DNA of 64,000 nt from Auanema rhodensis. Its lineage: Eukaryota > Animalia > Nematoda. The stretch spans positions 9,858,001-9,922,000 of the forward strand of contig OZ059894.1 of NCBI GenBank assembly GCA_964057225.1, given 5' to 3'. Both the position numbers and the translations under genes were made by a program. Shown here one piece after another: positions 50,956 through 62,188 of the stretch. Numbering within the stretch: position 1 is the first letter of the stretch; every line of letters starts with the position of its first letter. Below the pieces are notes generated by a model. It was not told where the DNA came from and did no database searches. It saw nothing but the letters and a program-made list of their open reading frames with translations.

Positions 50956-53414
50956 TTATAGTTCTTCATGTCCTTGGTTCTGAACTTGTGAGGGTAATGG
51001 TAGAGCGACTAAATCGTAGCCGTAAGTAGCATTTATTTTTTTCCAGAATTTCCAGGTATCTGAAATATAATTTCTAACATAGTCTGGAAAAATCGTATTT
51101 TAAGCAACGAACCATCATAGAAGGCATGTTTGAATTGAGGTGTGCTAGTTACAGAGAGATATGTGTTATTCGTTCCAACTTGAGCATAATACTCTGATGG
51201 CTTTCTAAATTTCATTTTCATTACAAATAACGAAAAACCGAAGTTTATACCCAGTTTTTGCCATGGATAGGATGAGTCCACTCATGAGATCTTTGACGAT
51301 ATTGTCATCCTCCGTCATGAAGTCTTGGCCCAAAAAGCTCACACCGAACACGTAAGGATACTCCGATATATGAACAGAGCCTGTCCGTATTTCCTTTTAT
51401 TTGAGGCAACAAGCTAAACAAACCTCTAGCTTCTTCAGGAATGTCATACTCCTCAAAGATAACTGGATTGTAATGGTCGAAAGAATAAGCATATACTGGC
51501 CAGTCTGCTGCATTTTTCTGGCTCATTTCCTCCGCTGCAGCAGCAGAGAAGGTTAGAGAGTTCATAAACTTAGAAAATCAGGTAAGAAACTGAATATGAA
51601 ATACAAGAGGATACCTTAGTATATGCATTCAGATAATAGCCACGGCTTTTACTGTTCTCGCCTTCTTCGCCGATGAAGAAATGTTTGATTTCTTCAAGAG
51701 CCTTTTGATGATTTGCTCCAAAATCACGCTCAAGTATGAATTTCTGAAGCAATTAGAATGGGAATAATGCAATATATATGAGATTATATACGTCAATGAA
51801 CTGGGAGAGGATTTCTTTCGAAAATTTTGAAACATTCTCTACTCCTGGATAGAACTTATGGATTAAAAGTGATTTTCCCAAACATACTGTAATAGATGAT
51901 GTAATGAAGGGAAATCTTTTATTTAGATTCAGACCGAAAAAGGCTGCATCCTTGTTAGATATTCCTAAAAATGATGGAACTGGTCTGCCTTGTTTCAACA
52001 GTTCTGATGGTGGAGCTGGGAAGAAATCACCGTCAATTACTGGTCCCCACTTGATCATGGCAAGGTCATCTCTGGTGAATCCCTAAATGACAAAACTAAA
52101 CTTTCAACTTTCAAAGACACATACAGTATCTAGAACAGCTTGATGAAGTTCAGCAATGGATTTTGTCTTCAAACAAGCCTTCATGTTCTTGGCGCAGCCC
52201 AGTTTCTAAAGCAGAAAATTTAAAATTCAAACTTTGAAAAAGCAAACTAGCATTGGCTAATTCATGAGAAGCTTCAGGAACTCTGTATCCGAGAGCCCAC
52301 GAAGCAAATGGACTTCCAGACAATTCGATAGTAGTATAAACATAATCTTCAATCAAAATCTCTAACTAAAATCAGAAAAACAAGGAACTACCTCTAGAAA
52401 TTGGACTTAATCCAATTTGTCCAGCAGCTGCAGCTCCTGCACTATATCCCAAAACAGTAATTTTATCCTTATTACCTCCAAAAGTTTTAATATTTTTATG
52501 AACAAATCTAAATTGAATTAAATATAATATATATATAAAATCAATTTTCCTTACTTCAAAGCTTCTGCAATATCAAAAAGTCCTAAATTTCCGGGAATTT
52601 CATCATCTCCGCTAGAGAAGAAACCTGTAAAAACAGCAATTTGCAAAATGAGAGCACACATTTACTTAATATAATATTTCATTTTTAAATAAAAAAAAAA
52701 GAAAAGCGGTTGCATTCAGCTTTTTTAATTCAAATTTTCCGAAAAAGGACACATTAACTCAGAATTAAAGAGATGATCAATACCTAAAAATCCAAGTCTG
52801 TATTGAGTGGTGACAACGATTACATCCTGTGCAACATACAATTCCGAAAATCCCTAAAAGGTTAAAGTCAAAATGACGATTATATAGTTTGATCACCTTA
52901 TAACCATATAAACTTGCTGATCCAAGTTCATAGCCACCTCCATGAACTTTGAAAATAACTGGGAATCCCTCTGGTGGTGGCTGGAATTAGTTGTATGTAA
53001 TATATTTAATAGCAAAACTTGATACTATTATACCGTAGTAGTTGGTCTTATCACATTAATCGTCAAACAATCTTCACTTGATGGAGCAATAGTAGCATTT
53101 ACATGGTGAGGAATACAATCGAAACCAAATTTAGTTCCATCCCGCTCTCCCCATTGCTCAATTGGCTCAGGCTTCTATTTGAGTATATAATTAGCTGTTT
53201 GATATCACAATAGGAATCAAACTTCATATCTAAGTTCACCAACTGGTGGTTTAGCGTATGGAATATTCAAGAATACTTCGACGGCTGTTCCTTTCGGAGT
53301 TCTATGTCGAAAGCCAGTTATTGATCCATGCTCTGTTTGAATTGTAATTTGCTTCGCTAAAATGAGCTGCGTCAGCGAAAAAGCCAACAGAAGCCACATG
53401 TTTCTACTATACAT
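50956..53414 (-). CDS. Type-B carboxylesterase with ER-retention signal (ges-1/cest family)
   Basis: Signal peptide; VFLNIPYAKPPVGELRY, SEDCLTINV, VHGGGY, VTTQYRLGFLGF, GNLGLFD, FGGNKDKITVFGYSAG (nucleophile Ser), WGPVIDGDF, GSVHISEYPYVFG (His); C-terminus QGHEEL*. Confidence 0.93.
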
Positions 53415-55076
53415 AAATTCTGTAAGAAAGAGAAGGAAGTATTAAATATTAAAGATAAAAACATTTAACAATTGAAATATTGGGAAAGTTGTAGCTGATA
53501 GTTGATAGTTTGCCATCAATGTACACGAGCATGGAAGCCAGTGAACGGATGACAAAATAAAAGAAAAACGTAGAGATGTTGTTTGTGCGTAGCCTGGAAG
53601 TATTGGGAAACTATGAACTGTTCCACCACAAGTATATATATATTGATTTTTTGATAAGAATAAGTTGTCTTTAACCTGCCATTCTATATGCAGATCGGCA
53701 AAATAAACAGACTTCTCAAAGACAAAAGTAGAATTCTCACGTTTTCTATATCATTTCCGCCAGATAACCTATTTCGATTCTTGTGAAAGTGCACGTTAGC
53801 ATGTTCAATTTGTAATCCTAACACTAGTGATCAGAATGGTAGCATATATCATCATAGAATAGATAAATCTGGTATTGAGACACGAACACACATATCATCA
53901 TCTCTATCTATTTCCATGCTACTTCACAAGCCTTCTTATGACCTTCATTCATTCGTGCATCACGTCGCCATTCATATCAAACAGTTGCCGTTCATTTGCT
54001 AGTATAGCGAATCACGTTGATGCCAACAACACAGAAATTGCAATGTCATGATGTTTGTTTCTCTGTCTGATTGTCGCAGAGTTGTAGTTTACGAACGAAT
54101 CATCATCAATACTCCATCTTCGGACAAGAGGCTTGTACATTGAAGTTTCATTTATAGATTAGAGCTATCAGTAAATTTTATAAAGCACATACAAATAGAA
54201 GTTCACAATCTCAAATGTACATCTTCAAATTATCATAAAGGTTTTACAATTCAAACTATTTTAAGAATACAATATCTAATTATAATAATAATAAAACTAA
54301 ACTGTTTTTTGATGATGAATAAAGTTTACAAGTTTCAATATTTTTGAGATATTTACAGCATAATCTTAGTATATTATACATGAAATACATAAATTATTAT
54401 TAAATAATAACGAATATTATGGAAACAAATCGTTTTTCGAAGAAGAGAATTGAAGCAGGTGCCCATTTTCACAACGTGTTATCTGGTTCTCAAGTTTATG
54501 TAAAAAGCATAGTTGAAAATGAAAAAGAAAAAGGAAAAGCAATGCATGTGTGATAAGATAAAATTGTATTTTTGAGCTTGAAATCAGCGAGTAGATCCTG
54601 TAGAGGAGTTATCGCTGCTTCAACTGGGTCATCAACTGACACGATACGCATGTGATGACGTCTTTCAATTTCATGTGATCTAGATTTAACGAGTCTGAAT
54701 CGTCCTTTGTTCGATAAGCAATTAGGTAATTGCTCATTTAGCTGAATTCTGATGCAATAGGTAAAGAGCTTTAGAAAGAAGATTAGTAAAGGATTTCCAA
54801 ATGAAAGTTCTAAATATGTCTGCGGTTTCACTGATAAGTTATGCTCTCGATCATGCGTACTGTATAATCTTAGTGAATTCACTTTTACTATCAATATTTT
54901 AAGCTTATTAGTGGTAGTTGAATATCTAACTGTTGTTACAAATGAAGAAAAAGAAGAAGAAGACACTGTAAGAACTATAAAAGCTTGACACATTGTTTCG
55001 CCAAGTTCTATGAGGGAAGATCTTGGGTTGTAACTGAATCATCAGCAAGATCTTGGGCTGTAACTCTTTCATATTC

Positions 55077-55109
<33 letters not shown>

Positions 55110-55704
55110 GCCTCTCTTAAAATAATTTTCAATTTTGAAACTAAATTTTACTTTGAACCGGATATACATAGAGACATGTATGAACAAACAGTATATCTAT
55201 AGATATTACGAAGAGGACGTATCAATGAGCACTCTCATTTACGACCAACCAAATAGCAAAAAATGGAAATTAATTATTAATCATAATGATACAACATACT
55301 TTCATCATTATGTTGAGAATTTAAAAAATTCTTTTAAAATTTATAAATTTGAAGAGGTTAGAAGGTAAATTATAAGGAAATGTTATCATTCTACTTAGGT
55401 ATTAAAGATACTTTGAAGAGTACAAGTACTACTAGATCAGATCTTTTCATTCTTTTCATTCAATTTCTTTACGACCTCTTTACATTAATGAATATAATTC
55501 ATAGTAGACTTTTCTACCTTTATCTCTCTATCTATAAGCCCGCCTTAATACTGATAAGGTTCAATGAGCTGCAGTTCTATAAATACGGCAGGTTTTCAGT
55601 CTAAAATCATATTTTCTTCCGAAAGCTTAGTTTCCTTAGTTCTATTTCTTGAAATACTTTCTTTCTCAATCACAAACTCTAGCTTATAATACTACTTTAT
55701 AGGT
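53415..55704. promoter_or_regulatory. Divergent promoter region with intestinal-type GATA (TGATAA) sites
   Basis: TGATAA/TTATCA at 53652, 54230, 54551, 54832, 55383, 55552; extended ACTGATAAG at 54830 and 55550, the latter just upstream of TATAAATA (~55578). Confidence 0.6.
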
Positions 55705-56990
55705 ATGAAGACTCTTTTCCTCGTCGCCATTTTGGCGACAGCTTTCGCTAATGCCAAGGTTTTCCAAATGGAGACTAAGAGCCACGGATCTATGCTGGCT
55801 AAGATGATCAAGTACTAACTTGCAAAACAATTTCTGTGATTTCATTCATTTGATTTTCAGGCAAGGAACCCTCCAAGAGTACCTTGCTGAGCAAAATGAT
55901 GCTCGCATCGAGATCCTTTCCACCGGATCTCAACCATTCATCGATTATGCCGATGACTTCTACCTCGGAAACATCACCCTTGGAACCCCAGGTATACCGT
56001 TGCTTCAAATCTTTCTTTGTTAACATATAGGTTTCAGCTCAAACCTTCACCATTGTTCCCGATACTGGATCTTCCAACCTCTGGGTTATTGATGCTGCTT
56101 GCAAGACTCAAGCTTGCAACGGATACCCAGCATCCCAATTCACCAAGCACAAGTTCGATACCACCAAGTCCAGCACCTTCAAGAAGTTGGATAAGACATT
56201 TTCTCTTCGTTACGGATCTGGATCCTGCAAGGGATACCTCGGAGTTGACGTCCTCACTGTCGGAGGATTGACCTACAAGACCCAAGAATTCGGAGTTGCC
56301 ACTCACCTCGCCACTGTCTTCGGATACCAACCAGTTGACGGAATCATGGGACTCGGATGGCCAGCCCTTGCCGAAGGAAAGGTTGTACCACCAATGCAAA
56401 ACCTTCTCAACCAGCTCGACAAGCCACTCTTCACCGTCTGGATGGACAGAAAGATCCACGGATCCAACGGAGGAAACGGAGGAACCATTACCTACGGAGC
56501 TCTTGACACCAAGAACTGCGATGCCACCTACACTTACGTCCCACTCACTTCTGAGACTTACTGGCAATTCGCCATGCAAGGATTCTCCATCGGATCTTTC
56601 ACTGACAACAAGAAATACAGCGTCATCTCTGACACTGGTACCTCCTGGATCGGATTACCAGAGGCTGCTCTTCAAGGAATCATGGCTCAAACCGGAGGAA
56701 AGTACAGCGCCCGCGAACAACTCTACGTCGTTCCATGCTCCAAGCAAAACCAACTCCAACCCCTCAAGTTGAAGATCGGAAATGCTGACTACACCATCCC
56801 ATCCGTCGAGTACGTTCTTGACCTCGGACTTGACAACGGAGAGTGCGCCCTTACCTTCTTCGGAATGAACACCGGAGGATTCGGACCATCCTGGATTCTT
56901 GGAGATACCTTCATCAGAACCTACTGCCAAGCTTACGACATCGGAGGCAAGAGAATCGGATTCTCCCCAGCCCACCACACCATGCAATAA
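55705..56990 (+). CDS. asp-1: Pepsin-family (A1) aspartic protease, ASP-1 type
   Basis: Exons 55705-55811, 55861-55991, 56038-56990; signal peptide; QPFIDYADDFYLGNITLGTP, DTGSSNLWVIDAACKTQACNGYP, VFGYQPVDGIMGLGWPALA, VISDTGTSW, GGFGPSWILGDTFIR; very close to C. elegans ASP-1 as I recall it; AATAAA downstream. Confidence 0.95.
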
Positions 56991-58045
56991 TTTTTGTTAT
57001 AATTATATGTACTAATAAAACTAATAAAAATTATTAAAAAGTATTGAATATAGTTTGAATTGTTGATATTGAGCAAGCTCCTACAAGCTGCTATGAGTTG
57101 CTAGGGATCTAAGTAGAAAAGAAAGAACTGAGCGACTAAGAAGAATTAATTTTTCTTTAAAAATCTATTGAAAAGACTTGAAATAAAAATATTTTATGTG
57201 AATTATATCAAAAAACCGAAAGAATAAATCTCCTTATTCTATATTTGGAGAAATCATTTCATTTTTGTAATTTAGAGAACGATCTTCATGTTCTGTTTAC
57301 ATTAGATAAATATCTTTGATTATTTGATTTTCTGCACTTTCATGCTTCAAAAACCAACTTAAGTTCATAATGAAGCCTAATAAGATATTCTGAAGTCTTA
57401 ACTTGATGTTTAAGATTTCTTATAAATTAGTTAAGGCTTCTTTTTTCTTTACTCAGCATTCTTCAGAACAGAAGAGAGAGAGAGAGAGAGAGAGATAGAG
57501 AGAGAGAGAAGTTTTGTAAGAAACACGCTTCTTCTCAGACTTGTTTATCTGTTGTTTTTAATCTTATTTTATCGTTTGAATGATAAAGAACATTTAATTT
57601 TTGATCAAAAATTATTTTTCTTCATAGTTTGAACAAGCAATTATGATTAATATTGCAGGAATGAAACTAAAATAGTCTTATAAATACTTTATTTCCTCAA
57701 TAATCATATCAACTTTGAACAATCGGAAGTAGTATTTAAACATGAAGGTTATTGAACGATAAAAAGGTTGTTGTGTATCATTTCCGCCTTTTTTTAAAAT
57801 TTTATAAACATTGATGCAGGTGATGTGGGCTTAAATATGATTGTAAAAGGACATTTACAAGTACACTTCCGCCTTTTCATTATATTTTTTCAAATAAAGA
57901 TTATATAAACTTATATTAATATATTATATTATACATACATGCACATGTGTACTAGTTGAACACGCGTTCATCAAAAATGTTATCATGAAAACGCGCGCTA
58001 ATGATAATTTTCAAACTTTCTGCAATTTTTAAATTATAATTTCAG

Positions 58046-58240
58046 ATGAAATCCCTGTTTCATTATATGTTTCGTGGGGTCTCTTCTGAAATCAAGAAAT
58101 ATTTGGATGATGAACGACAAAAAGACCAAAACGTTAATGTAAGTGCTTTGAAGAAGTAATGAATGTCATTAAACCGTCAGCCGATGTTCCTAAACGGCTG
58201 CACCAAGACTCAAGATTTCATTAGTAACCATGAACGATGA
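58046..58240 (+). CDS. Possible 50-aa two-exon micro-ORF
   Basis: tttcag|ATG, exon 58046-58138, gtaagt donor, 42-nt intron, exon 58181-58240: MKSLFHYMFRGVSSEIKKYLDDERQKDQNVNPMFLNGCTKTQDFISNHER*. No homology recognised. Confidence 0.3.
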
Positions 58241-58811
58241 GGAAGTTCGAATATCTTAAGAATATTTTCTTATTTCTTACATGTTATTACTTTGAATTGC
58301 TATGGTTATTTTTCAATTTCAGAATATACAAGGAAAAAAATTGAAATAATCATCTTATGGCTGTTTCCGTGGTCCATGAAAGAAATTTCAAATGTATAAA
58401 CGTCAGCTGTACTAAAACTGATTCTTCAACAAACAAGTTGGCGATGGAATCTGTCAAAATTTCCACAAACTATAGTTTGTTGTAGCATTAGTTTGGAAGA
58501 AAGCTCAGTAACTACTGCTATATATAGATTTCTCTTTCGAAACTTAAAGAAAAAGATAAGATGAAATTGAGAGAAAAAACATGAAAAATATTAATTAATT
58601 TGTTAGATTTTCTTTGAAAAATATTTAATTTTGCTTTTAGAAACTAATTTTCAAGAAGAAGAAATTGTATAAGATATCATTGACGTTAGAATGGTCTTGC
58701 AACAATATATTATTTGTTTTAATTGCTAATGAAACTCATAATTTGCCCCAATCGTTGTAGTGCTACAGACACAGCCGTTGTATAGAGAGTGGGTACGTGA
58801 AGAAGACGCAT

Positions 58812-58864
<53 letters not shown>

Positions 58865-61800
58865 AGAGAGAGAGGAAATATATTTTATTAGTTAGTTATA
58901 ATCTTATATATATATTTTTTAAAAATATACATTTATTTAATAATGTTAGAAGAAGTACCATACGAGATAAATCAACAAATCGCGATAGTCAATTGAGAAA
59001 GTCATTGAAAAAGAAGAGGAAAAGGTGAGAGATGAGAGTCGAGAAAAGCTACAATGGATGACGAGATCAGCTTACCACCACTGATGACGTTAAGAGTCAA
59101 GAGTAATATGTGAAACGTTCTCAATAGTCTTTTTATGTTTTTCTTTGTTTTTCTTTGTTTAATTTTGTGTTTTTAATATCAATTTATCAGTTTATAAGCT
59201 ATTTATAACTATTATTATTACAAATATTATATTAAAATTAACTATATGTATATGTCTAATTAAATATAATTCTTTATTAATCTCAATTTAATGAGAAAAT
59301 AGGATTAATACGTTAATTATGTGTAACGATTAGTTAAATTAAAAGAAAACTGATATTTTTAAAAAGAAATTGTTCCATGTAATACTTGTTTCATGCTACT
59401 GCTTCATCAGTAGAATATGTAATTCTACTATCTTTTAAGACACATCATACGATACGAATTCTTCTCTTTTGGCCTCTTGTAATTTGTTGAATGATTCCTT
59501 TTCTCACTTTTCTTCATAGATTCTCTTTTCTTCTTTAAGCTTTTCGGAAAATTCTATTTCAACGTCATCAACTCCATTGAATTGTGACATATATTCTGTC
59601 AAAACGTCTGCATTTGGAATGCTTCGATAGAACAATATGTATTTACTATTTACATGTTGCTATTTCTTTTGTCTTTTCAAGTTTGTCTAATTAAGTTTTT
59701 GTTCGATCCAGCTTTACAACTTTCTTTTCAAACTTTTTAGAAAATACGAAACATTGAATAGTCTGAACGCTGTTATACATGCAACTACTAGAGAGAGACC
59801 TAATAATCTTATTTCATAGAATTATCTTTAAGTTTTGATTGTATGATATCAGATATATACATATGTCTAAATCATGTGAGAGTTTCAATGATTTGTTGAA
59901 ATCGATATCTATCTCCTCCTGAATAATCTTGAGGTTTTCCACACAAATTCAAGATAGATAGATGAAATATCTCTCGAGCTTGACACCAAACTCTTCCGGT
60001 TTGGCTGCGGTTTGAGTTAGACATCCCCATCCCCATCACTGAGAATGTTTTCAGGTATATTTGGCACTCAGGATAGTTTGCATGTGGCAACATATGGAAA
60101 GTTTGAAAGCATTTTTGGCTTTTGAAACCATGTTGTCAGCTGAGCTGATGTCACTGCTTTCACAGAATATTTTTGACATAAAACATGGGATGGATGTTTG
60201 AAGTGTTGGCTACTAGTGCTACTAGTGTGTGTATGTATTCGAAGGAAAAAAGCAAAAAAAAAAGAAGAAGGAGGAGAAAAAGAGCGGAAGATTCTGATTA
60301 TAGTCGTTTGAAGCCATATATACAGCATGTGTTGTGTCGATCTCTTCACAGTTCTTCAAAAAGATTCAGCATAATTTCACTTAGTATTTCGATTGTTTTT
60401 TCACATGTTCCTTCTATTTATAAATGCTCAGCACAAATTTTTATACTAAGAGAGGGAGGGAGGGAGGGAGGGAGGGAGGTAGAGAGAGAGAGAGAGAGAG
60501 AGAGAAGAAAAAAGTTCATTTTGTTGTCGTTGACCGAACCATATTACACCAAATTTATATTTATAATAACGAATAGATGCTATTTGTACTTTAATGTATT
60601 TTTCTAACTAATATCTATCACCATATTCACACCAATCTCAATAGCCTCAGGGGGTAATGGTTTCTAAACGTTTTTTAGGATTTTTTTGCTGCCGCAGCCA
60701 TCAAAAAACAATTTTGTGTGTGTAGTTGGAACAGCATCAACATTAGAGCAACAGCAACAGCTATTGAGTTTTGTGACCATTAGTACGGATCAACCTTTCT
60801 CGATCAGTATCGATTCGATGAGTTGAAGCTGGCACGGCAGAAAGGGAGAGTGGGGAGATAGACTACTGACAGCAGCTGGCCAACTGCTTCTTTATGCATC
60901 GGAACGAACTGCTCTCCGATTTTACAGCAATTTTCTCTGCCATCTGTATTATCTCTCTAACATATATACTGTTTAATGATTTCTCTGCTTGTCTCTCCCT
61001 CTATCTACCGTCACTAAACACAGCTATAACGAGTGAGCACAGGTCAGAATCTGAGAAACAGCTCTCGAGAATTGGAACTATAGACGTAGAGCTGGATGCC
61101 TTCAGGGTTTTGCCTTGCTCTTTCCATCTTTCTCCTTCTCTTCTCTCTTAATATATCTCTGAAGCTTTCATTTCTCTTTTCCCTCTCTTTCAATATTGTC
61201 CACATTTTCCTCAAGCTAAAAGTTGTCTTCATTTCAAAACGTCTTCTGAAGTATCACCCTTTAACCTGTTTTCCCTCCTTCTCATGCTCTCTAACTTACA
61301 CAAAACCTTTAATCATAGTTTCGCTTTCACTAATCAAGCCGTATTTCCAGGATCTTAAGTAAATTCCTCTATTTCTGAACTATTCCTTTCCCATTCCTTC
61401 TATATATCAGTGATGCAAATTAGATTAACCACACATCATTCTTCGACTATTTTTCATCAAAAATCAGCGAATCATAATTATTTTTCTTTTTCTATTCACA
61501 AGAAAAAAGCATTTTACTTCTTTTTTTTCTTCTTATGAACCATTTTCAGTATTTTTTTCTTCGAATCTGCAATATGTCGAAGCCGAAAGTGTTTATAAGT
61601 CTCTAAGTTCTAATAGTTTCTAGGTCAAATTGAACACTTGTTGATATTTACAATCAGCTTCTATTTGTTTTTTGTCTTTCTCTCATTTTCAAGACTTTTA
61701 AGCGGTCAAAAAATAAATATTCAAGAGCAATATAATTTTTTTTTCTTTTCAAAGAAAAACATTTTCTAAAATTAATTTGATTTTATTATTTATTTGTTCA

Positions 61801-62128
61801 TTGTTCAGTTTAGTCTTCAATTTGTGTGTATGATCATCAATTCTGAATAGCTGAATTATTTTAAAAAAGAAAAATTCAAATGAGAAAAGAAAAAATAAAC
61901 TTTTCTCTCTACAAGTTTCAATTCATTATATTTTACTTGTCGTTTCTCTTTTATGTAACTTGGTGTTTTCCCATTAATGGCTCATGTTTCTTGCACTCTG
62001 TTTAACTTCTTATCTTACATTGTATAAATACGAATTTCAGCTTTTTTTTAATTGAAAACTTGAAAACTTGATATTCAGCCTGATTTATAAGCTTATTTTT
62101 ATTTTTTAAGGATATGAACTGAGCAGAT

Positions 62129-62188
62129 ATGACAGATAAAGAAGAGACAGGAGGAGGAGAGCAAGACGATGTCTCGTTCTTGCGAACA
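62129..62188 (+). CDS. unc-68: Ryanodine receptor, first coding exon (gene continues past the window)
   Basis: MTDKEETGGGEQDDVSFLRT followed by a gttagt donor, with a ttttaag acceptor at 62110 upstream; matches the RyR N-terminus (GGGEQDDVSFLRT / vertebrate GEGEDEIQFLRT). Confidence 0.9.

Noticed and set aside
56034-56987. Long antisense and alternate-frame ORFs over asp-1 (likewise over rpl-2 and EB1)
   Set aside because: Shadows of strong codon bias in highly expressed genes.
60034-60083. TTTGGCACT (miR-791/miR-96-like seed) in a small hairpin
   Set aside because: Stem too short and bulged for a pre-miRNA; sequence beyond the seed does not match.
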